Under the pieces are notes generated by a model that was given only the letters and a program-made list of their open reading frames with translations, did not search any database and was not told the DNA's origin. 64,000 bases of DNA, from positions 620,001-684,000 of the forward strand of contig BROI01000003.1 of the NCBI GenBank assembly GCA_027923505.1, in the 5' to 3' direction. Source of the DNA: Mayamaea pseudoterrestris (taxonomy: Eukaryota). Shown here in pieces: positions 35,324 to 51,176 of the stretch (positions are counted from its first letter, which is position 1; every line of letters begins with the position of its first letter). The position numbers were made by a program, and so were the translations under genes.

Positions 35324-35519
35324 TCGCATGACATGTCGCATGAGTTTTTTTTAGTAACGGCGTGCTTTCTACCAATAGCTGGTTAAAGACATCAATTTGT
35401 AAACCTTTCTTAAACTGCATAATGTAGACCTCTGTGCAGCGGAAAGGTCTCGCGTCTCAGATACCTAGCGTTGGTTAAAAAATGTAATGAATTGAATGAA
35501 GTTGGTGGGTTCAGTAGGC

Positions 35520-36330
35520 AACACTGATCATCCCTGTAGCCCAGAGGGGTGCACTGCTGGCACAGTCAACTTTTTGTCAACAAACACGAAATGATTGGAT
35601 TTGGAAGGCCCAGCAGGCAATGCTGATCATCCCTGTAGCCAAGACGGGTGCACTGCTGGCACATTCAACCCTTTGTTGAAAGTGCGGAGTAACATGGCAT
35701 GATGATGGGTTCCACACCCTCATCAACAAGATTATGAGTCTAAATCTACTATAAATTGAATGGTCTTTGTATTCTGGGGTCTGGGGATCATTCTGGCAGT
35801 CAGATTGTCAAATGAGGTGCACTGCTAGCACATCCAACAAGTTGTTGGATCCGCCAAGTCTCACCATTGTGCAAATGGTGATGAAAACTGACTGTGTGGT
35901 GCAACCGACCACATCATTGGCCCCATCATGTCATCAAACATAAATCAATTGGATTTGGAATGCTCAGCAGGCAATGCTGATCATCCCTGTAGCCAAGATG
36001 GGTGCACTGCTGGCACATTCAACCATTTGTTGAGTGTGCGGAGTTACATGGCACGATGATGGGTCCCACACCCTCATTAATGAGACTATGAGTCTAAATC
36101 AACTTTAATCTGTATGGGCTTTGTATTCTGGGGTCTGGGTACCATTCTGGCAGTCAATTGTCAACTGAGGTGCACTGCTAGCACATCCAACAAATTGTTA
36201 AATCCGCCACGTCTCACCATGGCACACATGTTTATGATGAAAACTAATGGTGAGGTGCAACCAACCTTATCATTGGCCCCATCATGTCAACAAACATGAA
36301 TTGATTGGATTTGGAATGCTCAGCAGGCAG
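35520..36330. repeat. CpG-poor ~355-bp tandem duplication (two copies plus a partial) flanking the satellite
   Basis: GGATTTGGAA..CAGCAGGCA at 35597, 35951, 36307; TGATCATCCCTGTAGCC near 35525, 35624, 35978. Confidence 0.9.
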
Positions 36331-36339
36331 TACATGACT

Positions 36340-39300
36340 TGCTGTAGGGGCCTTAAACGTCAAGCCATCTGCGGGCTGAGAATGGTGAGAAGTTCTCACC
36401 AGTTACATTGCTGTCCCCTGAGACACCAGCCAGGCATACTACCTTGTGGCGCAACCTGAATAATGATGTTGGCACCATTCTGGTGTAATTAGGGCACCTA
36501 CCGGGCCTGCTGCAGATGTGTCTGAATGTCATGGCATCTGCGGGCCGAGACTGGTGACAAGCTGTCACCAAATACATTGCCATCCCCTGAGACACCAGCC
36601 AAGCCTACCATCTTGTAGCGCAGCCTGAATGATGATGTTGGCACTATTCTGGTGTAATTTGGACACCTACCGGGCCTGCTGTAGATGTGTCTGAATGTCA
36701 TGGCATCTGCGGGCTGAGACTGGTGACAAGATGTTACCAAATAGATTGCCATCCCCTGAGACACCAGCCAAGCTTACCATCTTGTAACGCAGCCTGAATA
36801 ATGATGTTGGCACCATTCTGGTGTAATTTGGGCACCTACCGGGCCTGCTGTAGATGTGTCTGAATGTCATGGCATCTGCGGGCTGAGACTGGTGACAAGT
36901 TGTCACCAAATACATTGCCATCCCCTGAGACACCAGCCAAGCATACCAGCTTGTGGCGCAGCCTCAAAATTGATGTTGGCACCATTCTGGTGTAATTTGG
37001 GCACCTACCGGGCCTGCTGTAGGTGTGTCTGAATGTCACGGCATCTGCAGGCTGAGACTGGTGACAAGTTGTCACCAAATACATTGCCATCCCCTGAGAC
37101 ACCAGCCAAACTTTACCATCTTGTAACGCAGCCTCAAAAATGATGTTGGCACCATTTTGGTGTAATTTGGGCACCTACTGGGCCTGCTGTAGGTGTGTCT
37201 GAATGTCATGGCATCTGCGGGCTGAGACTGGTGACAAGTTGTCACCAAATACATTGCCATCCCCTGAGACACCAGCCAAGCATACCAGCTTGTGGCGCAG
37301 CCTCAAAATTGATGTTGGCACCATTCTGGTGTAATTTGGGCACCTACCGGGCCTGCTGTAGGTGTGTCTGAATGTCACGGCATCTGCAGGCTGAGACTGG
37401 TGACAAGTTGTCACCAAATACATTGCCATCCCCTTAAACACCAGCCAAGCTTACCATCTTGTAGCGCAGCCTCAAAAATGATGTTGGCACCATTCTGGTG
37501 TAATTTGGGCACCTACTGGGCCTGCTGTAGGTGTGTCTGAATGTCATGGCATCTGCGGGCTGAGACTGGTGACAAGTTGTCACCAAATACATTGCCATCC
37601 CCTGAGACACCAGCCAAGCATACCATCTTGTAGCGCAGCCTGAATAATGATGTTGGCACCATTCTGGTGTAATTTGGGCACCTACCAGGCCTGCTGTAGA
37701 TGTGTTTGAATGTCATGGCATCTGAAGGCTGAGACTGGTGACAAGTTGTCACCAAATACATTGCCATCCCCTGAGACACCAGCCAAGCATACCATCTTGT
37801 AGCGCAGCCTGAATAATGATGTTGGCACCATTCTGGTGTAATTTGGGCACCTACCGGGCCTGCTGTAGGTGTGTCTGAATGTCATGGCATCTGTGGGCTG
37901 AGACTGGTGACAAGTTGTCACCAAATACATTGCCATCCCCTGAGACACCAGCCAAGCTTACCATCTTGTAGCGCAGCCTCAAAAATGATGTTGGCACCAT
38001 TCTGGTGTAATTTGGGCACCTACAGGGCCTGCTGTAGGTGTGTCTGAATGTCATGGCATCTGCAGGCTGAGACTGGTGACAAGTTGTCACCAAATACATT
38101 GCCATCCCCTGAGACACCAGCCAAACTTTACCATCTTGTAATGCAGCCTCAAAAATGATGTTGGCACCATTCTGGTGTAATTTGGGCACCTACTGGGCCT
38201 GCTGTAGGTGTGTTTGAATGTCATGGCATCTGAAGGCTGAGACTGGGGACAAGTTATCACCAAATACATTGCCATCCCCTGAGACGCCAGCCAAGCATAT
38301 CATCTTGAAGCGCCTCAAAAATGATGTTGGCACCATTCTGGTGTAATTTGGGCACCTACCGGGCCTGCTGTAGATGTGTCTGAATGTCATGGCATCTGCG
38401 GGCTGAGACTGGTGACAAGTTGTCACCAAATACATTGCCATCCCCTGAGACACCAGCCAAGCTTACCATCTTGTAGCGCAGCCTGAAAAATGATGTTGGC
38501 ACCATTCTGGTGTAATTTGGGCACCTACCGGGCCTGCTGTAGGTGTGTTTGAATGTCATGGCATCTGTAGGCTGAGACTGGTGACAAGTTGTCACCAAAT
38601 ACATTGCCATCCCCTGAGACACCAGCCAAGCTTACCATCTTGTAACGCAGCCTGAAAAATGATGTTGGCACCATTCTGGTGTAATTTGGGCACCCTACGA
38701 CCACCTGGCGTTCTGTGATTTGAATGTCATGGCATCTGAAGGCTGAGACTGGTGACAAGTTGTCACCAAATACATTGCCATCCCCTGAGACACCAGCCAA
38801 GCATACCATCTTGTAGCGCAGCCTCAAAAATGATGTTGGCACCATTCTGGTGTAATTTGGGCACCCACAGGGCCTGCTGTAGGTGTGTCTGAATGTCTCA
38901 GCATCTGTGGGCTGAGACTGGGGACAAGTTATCACCAAATACATTGCCATCCCCTGAGACACCAGCCAAGCTTACCATCTTGTAGCGCAGCTTAAATAAT
39001 GATGTTGGCACCAATCTGGTGTAATCTGGGCTCGCACCAGCCTGAGACCAGGTTACATCTTGTAGCGCAGCCTGAAATGATGTTGGCACCATTCTGGTGT
39101 AATTTGGGCACCCACAGGGCCTGCTGTAGGTGTGTCTGAATGTCGTGGCATCTGCAGGCTGAGACTGGTGTTGTCACCAATACATTCCCCCTGAGACACC
39201 AGCCAAGCTCTTGAGCGCAGCCGAATAATGAGTTTATTTTGGGCACCTACAGGGCTTGCTGTGGTGTGTGCATCCCTGAGGCACCAGCCAAGCTTATCAT

Positions 39301-40585
39301 CTTTGAGCGCAGTTTAAAAAAAGATGTTATCATTATTCTTGTGTATTTTGGGCACCTACAGGGCTTGCTGTAGGTGTGTTTGAATGTCACGGCATCTTTG
39401 GGCTGAGACTGATGACAAGTTGTCACCAAATACATTGCCATCCCCTGAGACACCAGTCAAGCTTACCATCTTGTAACGCAGCCTCAAAACTGATGTTGCC
39501 ACCATTCTGGTGTAATTGGGGCACCTACCGGGCCTGCTGTAGATGTGTCTGAATGTCATGGCATCTGTGGGCTGAGACTGGTGACAAGTTGTCACCAAAT
39601 ACATTGCCATCCCCTGAGACACCAGCCAAGCTTTACCATCTTGTAATGCAGCCTCAAAAATGATGTTGGCACCATTCTGGTGTAATTTGGGCACCTACTG
39701 GGCCTGCTGTAGGTGTGTCTGAATGTCATGGCATCTGCGGGCTGAGACTGGTGACAAGTTGTCACCAAATACATTGCCATCCCCTGAGACACCAGCCAAG
39801 CATACCATCTTGTAGCGCAGCCTGAATACGGATGTTGGCACCATTCTGGTGTAATTTGGGCACCTACTCGGCTTGCTGTCATGGCATCTGTGGGCTGAGA
39901 CTGGTGACAAGTTGTCACCAAATACAATGCCATCCCCTGAGACACCAGCCAAGCATACCATCTTGTAGCGCAGCTTGAACAAGGATGTTGGCACCATTCT
40001 GGTGTAATTTGGGTACCTACCGGGCCTGCTGTAGATGTGTCTGAATGTCATGGCATCTTAGAAGTGAGACTGGTGACAAGTTGTCACCAAATACAATGCC
40101 ATCCCCTGAGACACCAGCCAAGCATACCATCTTGTAGCGCAACCTGAATACGGAATCTGGCACCATACTGGTGTAATTTGGGCACCTACCAGGCTTGCTG
40201 TAAGTGTGTTTGAATGTCACGGCATCTGCGGGCTGAGACTGGTGACAAGTTGTCACCAAATACATTGCCATCCCCTGAGACACCAGCCAAGCATACCATC
40301 TTGTAACTCAGCCTGAATACAGATGTTGGCACCATTCTGGTGTAATTTGGGCACCTACTGGGCTTGCTGTAAGTGCGTTTGAATGTCACGGCATCTGCGG
40401 GCTGAGACTGGTGACAAGTTGTCACCAAATACATTGCCATCCCCTGAGACACCAGCCAAGCATACCATCTTGTAACTCAGCCTGAATACGGATGTTGGCA
40501 CCATTCTGGTGTAATTTAGGCACCTACTGGGCTTGCTGTAGGGGTGTTTGAAGGTCACAGCATCTGCGGGCTGAGACTGGTGAGA
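36340..40585. repeat. 169-bp tandem satellite, ~25 monomers
   Basis: TGTTGGCACCATTCTGGTGTAA recurs with 169-bp period (e.g. 37651, 37820); near-identical 88-aa spurious ORFs recur at the same offset. Confidence 0.98.
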
Positions 40586-40854
40586 ACATAGGCCACTGAC
40601 CAATGAGGGTGCATCCAAGTCATGTGTCATAATTTCAAATAGACCCTGCCTAAATGTCTCGTCATGAAACTTGCTTGATAGAAAAGTCTAACGTGATTGT
40701 AATGCTCGCCGTGACTTGTCGCACCGTGTATGATAAATTTCGAAATCCTGCCATCAAAATGTTCGAAGCACTTCTCTTTAAACAAAACCTGTGACGACTG
40801 TACAAGTTGGTAAACGAGAGGCGCGACATAGTGAAGTCAGCACTAGACAAAAGA

Positions 40855-43120
40855 ATGAGAATACAAAGGAGAATTGTCGGCAGGCAGGTTCTGGCTACTG
40901 CTTGCGTTTTCGCCTTTTCTTCGACAAGACCTGCTGATGGATTCGTTCTGCCATCGACTCGGCCAAGGGTCTCGGGGAGCTGCTACTTTCCATGCCGGTC
41001 GCCCCAACATTCGTATACTGCAAATTATATACGCCAGGAATCATCAGCAGAAGCAGAGTTGGAATGGGAGGCTGGTGATGTGTACGAGGAGTTTGAGCAA
41101 TTGGAACGAGCCATTGCTATTCATCAGGCCGAGCAGAATCTGAATCATTATGAAAGAATACAACGTCTCCAAGACTTTGCTAATCAAAGACGACCACTGT
41201 ATCCAGATTTGCACAAATACATCATTGGCCCATTCGTTGCAGCGCTAGGCGTAACAGCCATTTGCAAGACTATTCCGCAGCAACCTTCATGGATTGGTGG
41301 ATCTTTACGTATGGCGCTTGCTCTTCACTTTTGGACCACAGTGGTGGCTTTTCCCCTTCTTATGTATATTATCAAGCGCGTTAAACAACCTCCTCCGAAG
41401 CCTCTTCCCTCTGAACTTCAAGATTTGGGTCCCGAGTTCTCCCAGTTCCTTCCCTTGACCGAATCGGAACACGATCGTCGAAAAAGGACGGACGACTGCA
41501 CGATGTGCTTGTCGGAGCAAGTTTCCTCGGCGGTAATCGGCACGGCTTGCTTGAGTTCATTCTTGGCCCCTGACATGCGACCGGCTCTTTATCTGCTAAC
41601 ACGACTTGGGGCGCTTCTTTCGTGGTACCAATACCCCAAGCTTTTATCGGATTTGACTCGACAAGACCAACCACGACCAGTGACATGGGACGTCTACGCA
41701 ATGCAAATAATAAGAAAATGGCAAGGATCAACTTGGATGTTAGTGCCGGCGCTCGCACAAGTCTTGATGTCTTTGGATTGGGAAGTCATAGGCCAAATCT
41801 ACGGCGCTGTCGGCGTGGCCTATGTCGCTGCCCGTATACGACCTTCGCTATTTTCCGGTGAAACGAACCTGCTCCCGTCCTTGCTGACGCTCATGACTGT
41901 CTTGGCGACTGCAGCTTGGTTGTTTGATCAACAGAGAGTTATTCAGCTGGCTGTTGCCGTCGTTCGCATTGTTGGCGTCCAAAACCGTCTTTGGCGATTT
42001 GTCCTTGTCCGGAACCTTGGTCCCCTCGTGCCGTTCGTCCTGGCTGCGTTGCCGACATTGATCCATATTGTTGCGTTTCGGAAGGTAATGCGAGTGTCCA
42101 AAATCAGTAACGTCTCACTTGCGTCAAACGTTGAAGAGTATCAGCAGGCGTCAGAGACTCCTGTTGCAACAGCAACTTGGCGGTGGCGAACGGCTTGGCG
42201 AGACCCTCAGCGCATGGGAGCTACAATCAGACGTTGGTGGGGAGATTTTGTTTACGGTATTTTCCTTTCTGGTAGTGTTGAAGATAAGCTATTGCGAGAG
42301 AGTATACGGCGACGAAGGAGTCTAGTTGCAGAGAACAGCGTATTGAGTCGGCTAAGCCGCGAATTGTCGACGGGCGACCCAGCACAACGTCCATCGCCGG
42401 ATCGGTCTTTGTGGAAAGCACAAGCAATGGGCCGTTTAAAACAGAAGCACGAGCAGGATTATGCTCGGGGAGTCTATGATGTAAGTGCTGCATAAATGTT
42501 GCAAGAAATTTTTTTGGCTGTGAACTCATTGCAGTTATCTCGCGTTGTAGGATCCGCTTGGAGTAGCGGTGTATCGAGTACTTGGTGCAGGCCTCGGATT
42601 CAAATATGACCATATGAAGCCATTGCGAGAAGGTCAACCTCTTTCAATGCGTCGACTCCATTCACGCGCTGCTAAGAGTGCGATACGCAGAGCAAATGAC
42701 CTTCTGCGTCTTGACACTCTCCAGCAAGAAACTTCGAATGATGGAGGCGAACGTGAGCAGAAGACTCGTTCGGATTTAATAAAGCAGGAAGCAGTACTGG
42801 AGACACAGTACCTCGCACGACGTCTGGAGGAACTGGTGCCACCTGTATACGACTTTGGTGATGGCGATGAAAAGACTTTAAAGATTGACCAGCTTTTTCG
42901 TGATCAATACGTGAAGACATCGGATACGGAGTATTCTTTGCAACGCCAACCAGAAATGATCATAATGGATATGTTTCGCGGTCTCCACAATGAATCACAG
43001 AGCAATCAGACTGGAAGTTTCGGCAGTGGAGCAGACGAGGAATTTGTCGATGCATGGGCCGACCAGCGAAACGGAGGCCTTTTAAAAGATACAAATAGCA
43101 CAGTAACTTGTTTAGCTTGA
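40855..43120 (+). CDS. Hypothetical multi-pass membrane protein, probable plastid presequence (intron 42481-42550)
   Basis: Long ORF with signal peptide ending ADG-F; several TM helices; splice YD|DPLGVAVYR joins the downstream ORF. Confidence 0.72.
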
Positions 43121-43189
43121 ATTTCGATACGATAACAAAGCACGTATTTTGCTACTCGCACATTCGCGAATGTAAGATGTTTTAGCTGA

Positions 43190-46877
<3,688 letters not shown>

Positions 46878-47138
46878 CCTGATTGTAGTCCAGGACTACC
46901 GTATGTGGAACCGGAAGTCAATGGCCACTGCCGTCGAGCCGTCGATGATGGATGGGCAAGAAAGGATTTAGTAAAGTTATTCACACCTCTTGGATAGATT
47001 CAGACTAAAATCAGGCCTTGTCTTCAGCTTTAATATCACCCAATCTCGGCGGAGGGATGGCACAGGCTTGGTCGACTGTAAGGTAGGAGGCGAATTTCCA
47101 TGGTCGACTCGTCGCGCAATGCACTGTCGCAAAAACTA

Positions 47139-47472
47139 AGGGGGTTATGTATGAAACGAGTGCCAGTGAAAACTACGTCATCAGGGTTATGTATGAAACG
47201 AGTGCCAGTGAAAACTGCGTCATAAGGGTTATGTATGAAACGAGTGCCAGTGATAACTACGTCATAGGGGTTATGTACGAAACGAGTGCCAGTGAAAACT
47301 GCGTCAGCAAGAAAATTGAATGAAACGAGTGCCAGTGAAAACTGCGTCACGAGGCAATATTACGAAACAAGTGCCAGTGTAAACTGCGTCACAAGGCAAT
47401 ATTACGAAACAAGTGCCAGTGATAACTACGTCATAAGGGTTAAGTACGAAACGAGTGCCAGTGAAAACTACG
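47139..47472 (-). repeat. Tandem array of eight 42-bp units (reverse orientation)
   Basis: GAAAC[G/A]AGTGCCAGTG..AACT[A/G]CGT cores at 47153, 47195, 47237, 47279, 47322, 47364, 47406, 47448. Confidence 0.97.
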
Positions 47473-47600
47473 TACACTAGTGGTACTTTTGAACGCATTG
47501 CAGGAACTCTTGGCGACCACCATGAATGAAGAGAGCATCATCTGAGCCGCTTCTTCCTCAAGTGATATTCATCCAATCCAATACCTTGACACGACATATC

Positions 47601-48860
47601 ATGAATCCCCCTCCTTTGGTAAAGGCAGCCGAACCATGGGTGGAAAAGTATCGTCCCAAAACCCTGAGCGACGTTTCGCATCAAACCGAAGTGGTGGCCA
47701 CCCTACAAAACGCCGTTTCCACCGGTCGTCTGCCGCACTGCTTGCTGTACGGACCTCCTGGATCTGGAAGTATGTAATACTAAATGGAACGAATGCATGA
47801 TGCGGCCTCACCAGTTCATGCTCACAAAACATTTTGTCCCTTTAGAAACATCCGTGGCGCTCGCCCTTTGCCGCCAACTCTGGGCTCCAGATCAATGGCG
47901 GCGTCGCGTACTCGAACTCAATGCTTCCGACGAGCGTGGCATTTCAGTGGTTCGCGACAAGATTAAGCATTTTGCCAGTCTCGCGGTTGGTAAACCAAAG
48001 TGCAATACGCCAAGTTTTTTCAAGAAGAAGAGTGACAGCGACATGGACGTTGACGACGAAAGGAAGGAAAAGACGTATCCAAATCCTCCTTTCAAAATCA
48101 TTATCCTTGATGAAGCGGATACTGTTACTCCTGATGCGCAAGCGGCTTTGCGACGAATCATTGTAAGTAGAAAATTGCTTCGAAGAATGAGCGAATGCGC
48201 CGCTCTTGCGAACGCGACTCTCACGTCTTTTACTTTCAACAGGAAGCCCACTCCAAAATCACGCGCTTCATTCTCATTTGCAACTACGTCACTCGCATTA
48301 TTGAACCACTAGCCAGTCGATGTGCCAAGTTTCGCTTCCAGCCTCTTCCTCCCGAGTCCATGCGCTCGCGCCTCATGGATATTGCTTCCGACCAGCAATG
48401 CTCCGACGCGGAACTCAATCTTATTGGCGACATTCTTCAAGTAGCGCAGGGAGACATGCGTCGGGCCGTGACAACGTTACAGTCGGTCCATGCATTGGCG
48501 CAGGGAGGTCGGACGGTGTTGGATGCGGCGTCAGTGGCAGACATTGCCGGACTGCCGCCAGCTATAGTGGTGACTGAGCTTTACACAAAGATTTCCACTA
48601 GCAGTCGCCAGTTTAACGACATGCAGTCTGCTGTAGAGCAAGTCATTGCATCTGGCTACTCGGCGCAGCTGCTATTGGGAGGTCTACTTGATCAAGTGCG
48701 AGATGATGTATCCTTGGATGAATTGTCCAAGGCGAACATTGCGATTCGCATGGCCGAGGCCGAAAAGAACATGATTGAAGGAGCCGACGAGGAGTTGCAG
48801 CTCATGCGAGTCTGCAGTCTCATCTGGAACAGTTTTGCGCGGCTCCGAGAAATGAGCTAG
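47601..48860 (+). CDS. RFC4: Replication factor C small subunit (human RFC4 / yeast Rfc2 type), two introns
   Basis: [60 protein letters not shown]. Confidence 0.92.
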
Positions 48861-48912
48861 ACTTACGTGGACTAGACAACGATGATTATTAGATAGAAAA
48901 GTAACAGATTGT

Positions 48913-49449
48913 TTATTTCTTTGCTGCCGCTACTGCAGCAATCTTGGCCGCATTTGTTGCTCGAATCGACTCTCGCTCCTGAATTTTTAGCCACTTGTCG
49001 CGCTTCTTTTGCGACTTTGACTTTTTCGTTAGCTTTGGCGGTTCAATCATTCCCTGGAGCTTTCCAACAACTTCCTGTGCATACTCCATGTCTTTATGGA
49101 ACTTTTCATAGTAGCGAGTGTGTGCCTCCTTCCACTCTGGCTCGAGACTCTCCGCTTGCTCGGCATCCATCAGTCGGACTTCGCTCCACTTGGCAGCGAT
49201 CTTCTTAATTTCAAGTTGATCGGTTGTCATGTCAGCTTCTGGAATCCATCCGGTGAGGCGAGTGCTCGACCGGGATGGGACGGCAACAGGCGCTGTCAAT
49301 GTACGAGTCGAACAGAGGTGAGGTGCCAATTGTAAAATTTCAAAGTTCGCTTTGTCGGATCGAAATTGATAGCTCTCTCTACATTCAAGATACATACCAA
49401 ACGCCGCTGCTCCAGTACAAAGAGCCGCATATGCTAGAGTAGTCTTCAT
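48913..49449 (-). CDS. Small plastid-targeted hypothetical protein (intron 49293-49397)
   Basis: Spliced MKTTLAYAALCTGAAAF|APVAV matches the ASAFAP-type presequence; Lys-rich C terminus. Confidence 0.72.
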   Translation of the reverse strand: MKTTLAYAALCTGAAAFGMYLECRESYQFRSDKANFEILQLAPHLCSTRTLTAPVAVPSRSSTRLTGWIPEADMTTDQLEIKKIAAKWSEVRLMDAEQAESLEPEWKEAHTRYYEKFHKDMEYAQEVVGKLQGMIEPPKLTKKSKSQKKRDKWLKIQERESIRATNAAKIAAVAAAKK

Positions 49450-50076
49450 GGTGATGGCGATCAAGTGGAACAGCAACCAAAGCAGCGTGTCGAGACGGCG
49501 AGTGATGTGAGGGAGTGAAAACTGAAAAGCAAGATTCCTTCGCGCGCGTTGTCGCACGAGTAGTTTTTGAGGAATTCGGAATCCTGCAACGAGTACCGCA
49601 AGACTGACGTACTTTCCAGAGTCACTCGCGTCCACACGACGCGACGACGATGCTTGACTCGACCTTCGCTGCTCTGCTCGGCCGCACCTCCTCTTTGTTG
49701 TCGTCCCAGGTGTACCTGCATCGAGCAAAAGTTAACATTACATAGACAATGAGGATCGTTTTGTTACTTTCGCTTCTCTTTGCAAGTGTTTCGGCGTTTG
49801 GTGAGTTCTCCGGAGCAAGTTGAAGATTGGAGGAGTTTGTCAGCCGATTTTTGATGTTTAAAGGCCGAGTGGCAAGTGCCAGCCATCACCATCTTGCAGA
49901 TGTAACAGTGTGCAATTATCGATTTACAATATTTGCGAAAAGCTAGTCTTGTGGCATTATAGCTTGTCGATATCATTGTTGTGGAGGTGCTTAGTCTTTG
50001 CTCGATTCTGTAAAATGCTGCACGGTCGAAGAAAACGACATTTGCTACATTAAGTTGACCCTATGTACTGTCTCTC

Positions 50077-50550
50077 ATGTCATCTCCTTCATTTATACTC
50101 TCTCTTCTGTTAGTCACAGGCGGCTCAGCCTTTGTCGGTCGATCATTGACAGCATCGCAACCATCATCATCAAGTGCGGCACCATCGCAGCTGCAAATGA
50201 TTTCGCACCGTCACGGTTTCAACAAGCTTGGCAAGCCTGCGGATCAGCGTAAAGCACTTTTGCGCGCCCTTACTACTGAAGTCATCCGACATGGACGCAT
50301 CAAGACGACGCTCATTCGCGCCAAGACTGTCCGCAAGCATGTGGATCACATGATTGAACTTGGCAAACGCGGCGACTTGCACGCCCGACGACAAGCCATG
50401 GGCTGGATCTACGATAAGCAGTTGGTGCATGCTCTCTTTGAGAATGCGCCGGACCGATATGCCGGAACCAGTGGAGGCTACACGCGTGTGCTGCGAACCG
50501 TGGCGCGACGTGGAGACAATGCCAAAATGGCCATTCTGGAGTTGGTTTAG
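50077..50550 (+). CDS. rpl17: Nucleus-encoded plastid 50S ribosomal protein L17
   Basis: Presequence [54 protein letters not shown]. Confidence 0.95.
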   Translation: MSSPSFILSLLLVTGGSAFVGRSLTASQPSSSSAAPSQLQMISHRHGFNKLGKPADQRKALLRALTTEVIRHGRIKTTLIRAKTVRKHVDHMIELGKRGDLHARRQAMGWIYDKQLVHALFENAPDRYAGTSGGYTRVLRTVARRGDNAKMAILELV

Positions 50551-50633
50551 ATTATATTCAGCAAGAATCATTGAAAGTGAATATAACCTGGTTTCTAGAA
50601 CAGTAAAATATGATAGTGCTGCAATTGCTTTGT

Positions 50634-51176
50634 TTACTGGACCTTTTGAAAGCCAAAGTAGTCGTCAAGCACTCGCGCAAAGTCGTCCGCGACGCCTGGT
50701 TCCTTCTTCGTCGGCACAAAAGATTCCAACTCATCCCAGATATTCTCTGTCCGCAAAAGCTCTGGTTCTTGAATCACAAATAAATGTCCTCGGTCGCCCA
50801 TTGCTTTTGCGAGTTCCAGTTGATGATTATCCATGAGCCGACTGTTGATGACAACGGCGAGCTTTCTTTGTGACGTTTTCTCGTCGTCAAGTTCTAGCGC
50901 CTCCATGACTGTCCCTGCACCTGCATGACTCACAATCAAATCTGCTGCAAGCATATCTTGGCGTAGCGATGGTTTATAGTCGTAATGTTCTACATGAATA
51001 GGACAACTATGTGGTATTATTGGAGCTTGACCCTTGCCATATTGGACGATCAAGTGAGTAAAGCCTTTCGATGCCATGTTCTCAAGTGCCTGAGGCGACA
51101 CGATCGCGTCTACCAATCCATCAAACAGAGTCGTTCCTACAGTCGCAAATATGGTTCGTCGGTTGTCGTTAGTCAT
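50634..51176 (-). CDS. ALG13: UDP-GlcNAc transferase catalytic subunit ALG13
   Basis: FATVGTTLFD, LIVQYGKG, ADLIVSHAGAGT, VINSRLMDNHQLELA. Confidence 0.95.
   Translation of the reverse strand: MTNDNRRTIFATVGTTLFDGLVDAIVSPQALENMASKGFTHLIVQYGKGQAPIIPHSCPIHVEHYDYKPSLRQDMLAADLIVSHAGAGTVMEALELDDEKTSQRKLAVVINSRLMDNHQLELAKAMGDRGHLFVIQEPELLRTENIWDELESFVPTKKEPGVADDFARVLDDYFGFQKVQ

Noticed and set aside
36340..40585. Hammerhead ribozyme/retrozyme in the satellite monomer
   Set aside because: No CTGANGA plus GAAA core in the consensus on either strand; CTGATGA occurs in a single variant only
36353..40630. Family of repeated 88-aa ORFs (MSQGMAMYLVTT...)
   Set aside because: By-product of a 169-bp period (not a multiple of 3), so frames shift each monomer; no protein-like features
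35420..40660. Transposon boundaries around the repeat island
   Set aside because: No terminal inverted repeats, target-site duplication or transposase/RT remnants recognised
47139..47472. CRISPR array (constant repeat plus variable spacer look; also 26335-26502)
   Set aside because: Spacers are only ~14 bp and similar to each other, no cas genes are present, and the context is eukaryotic
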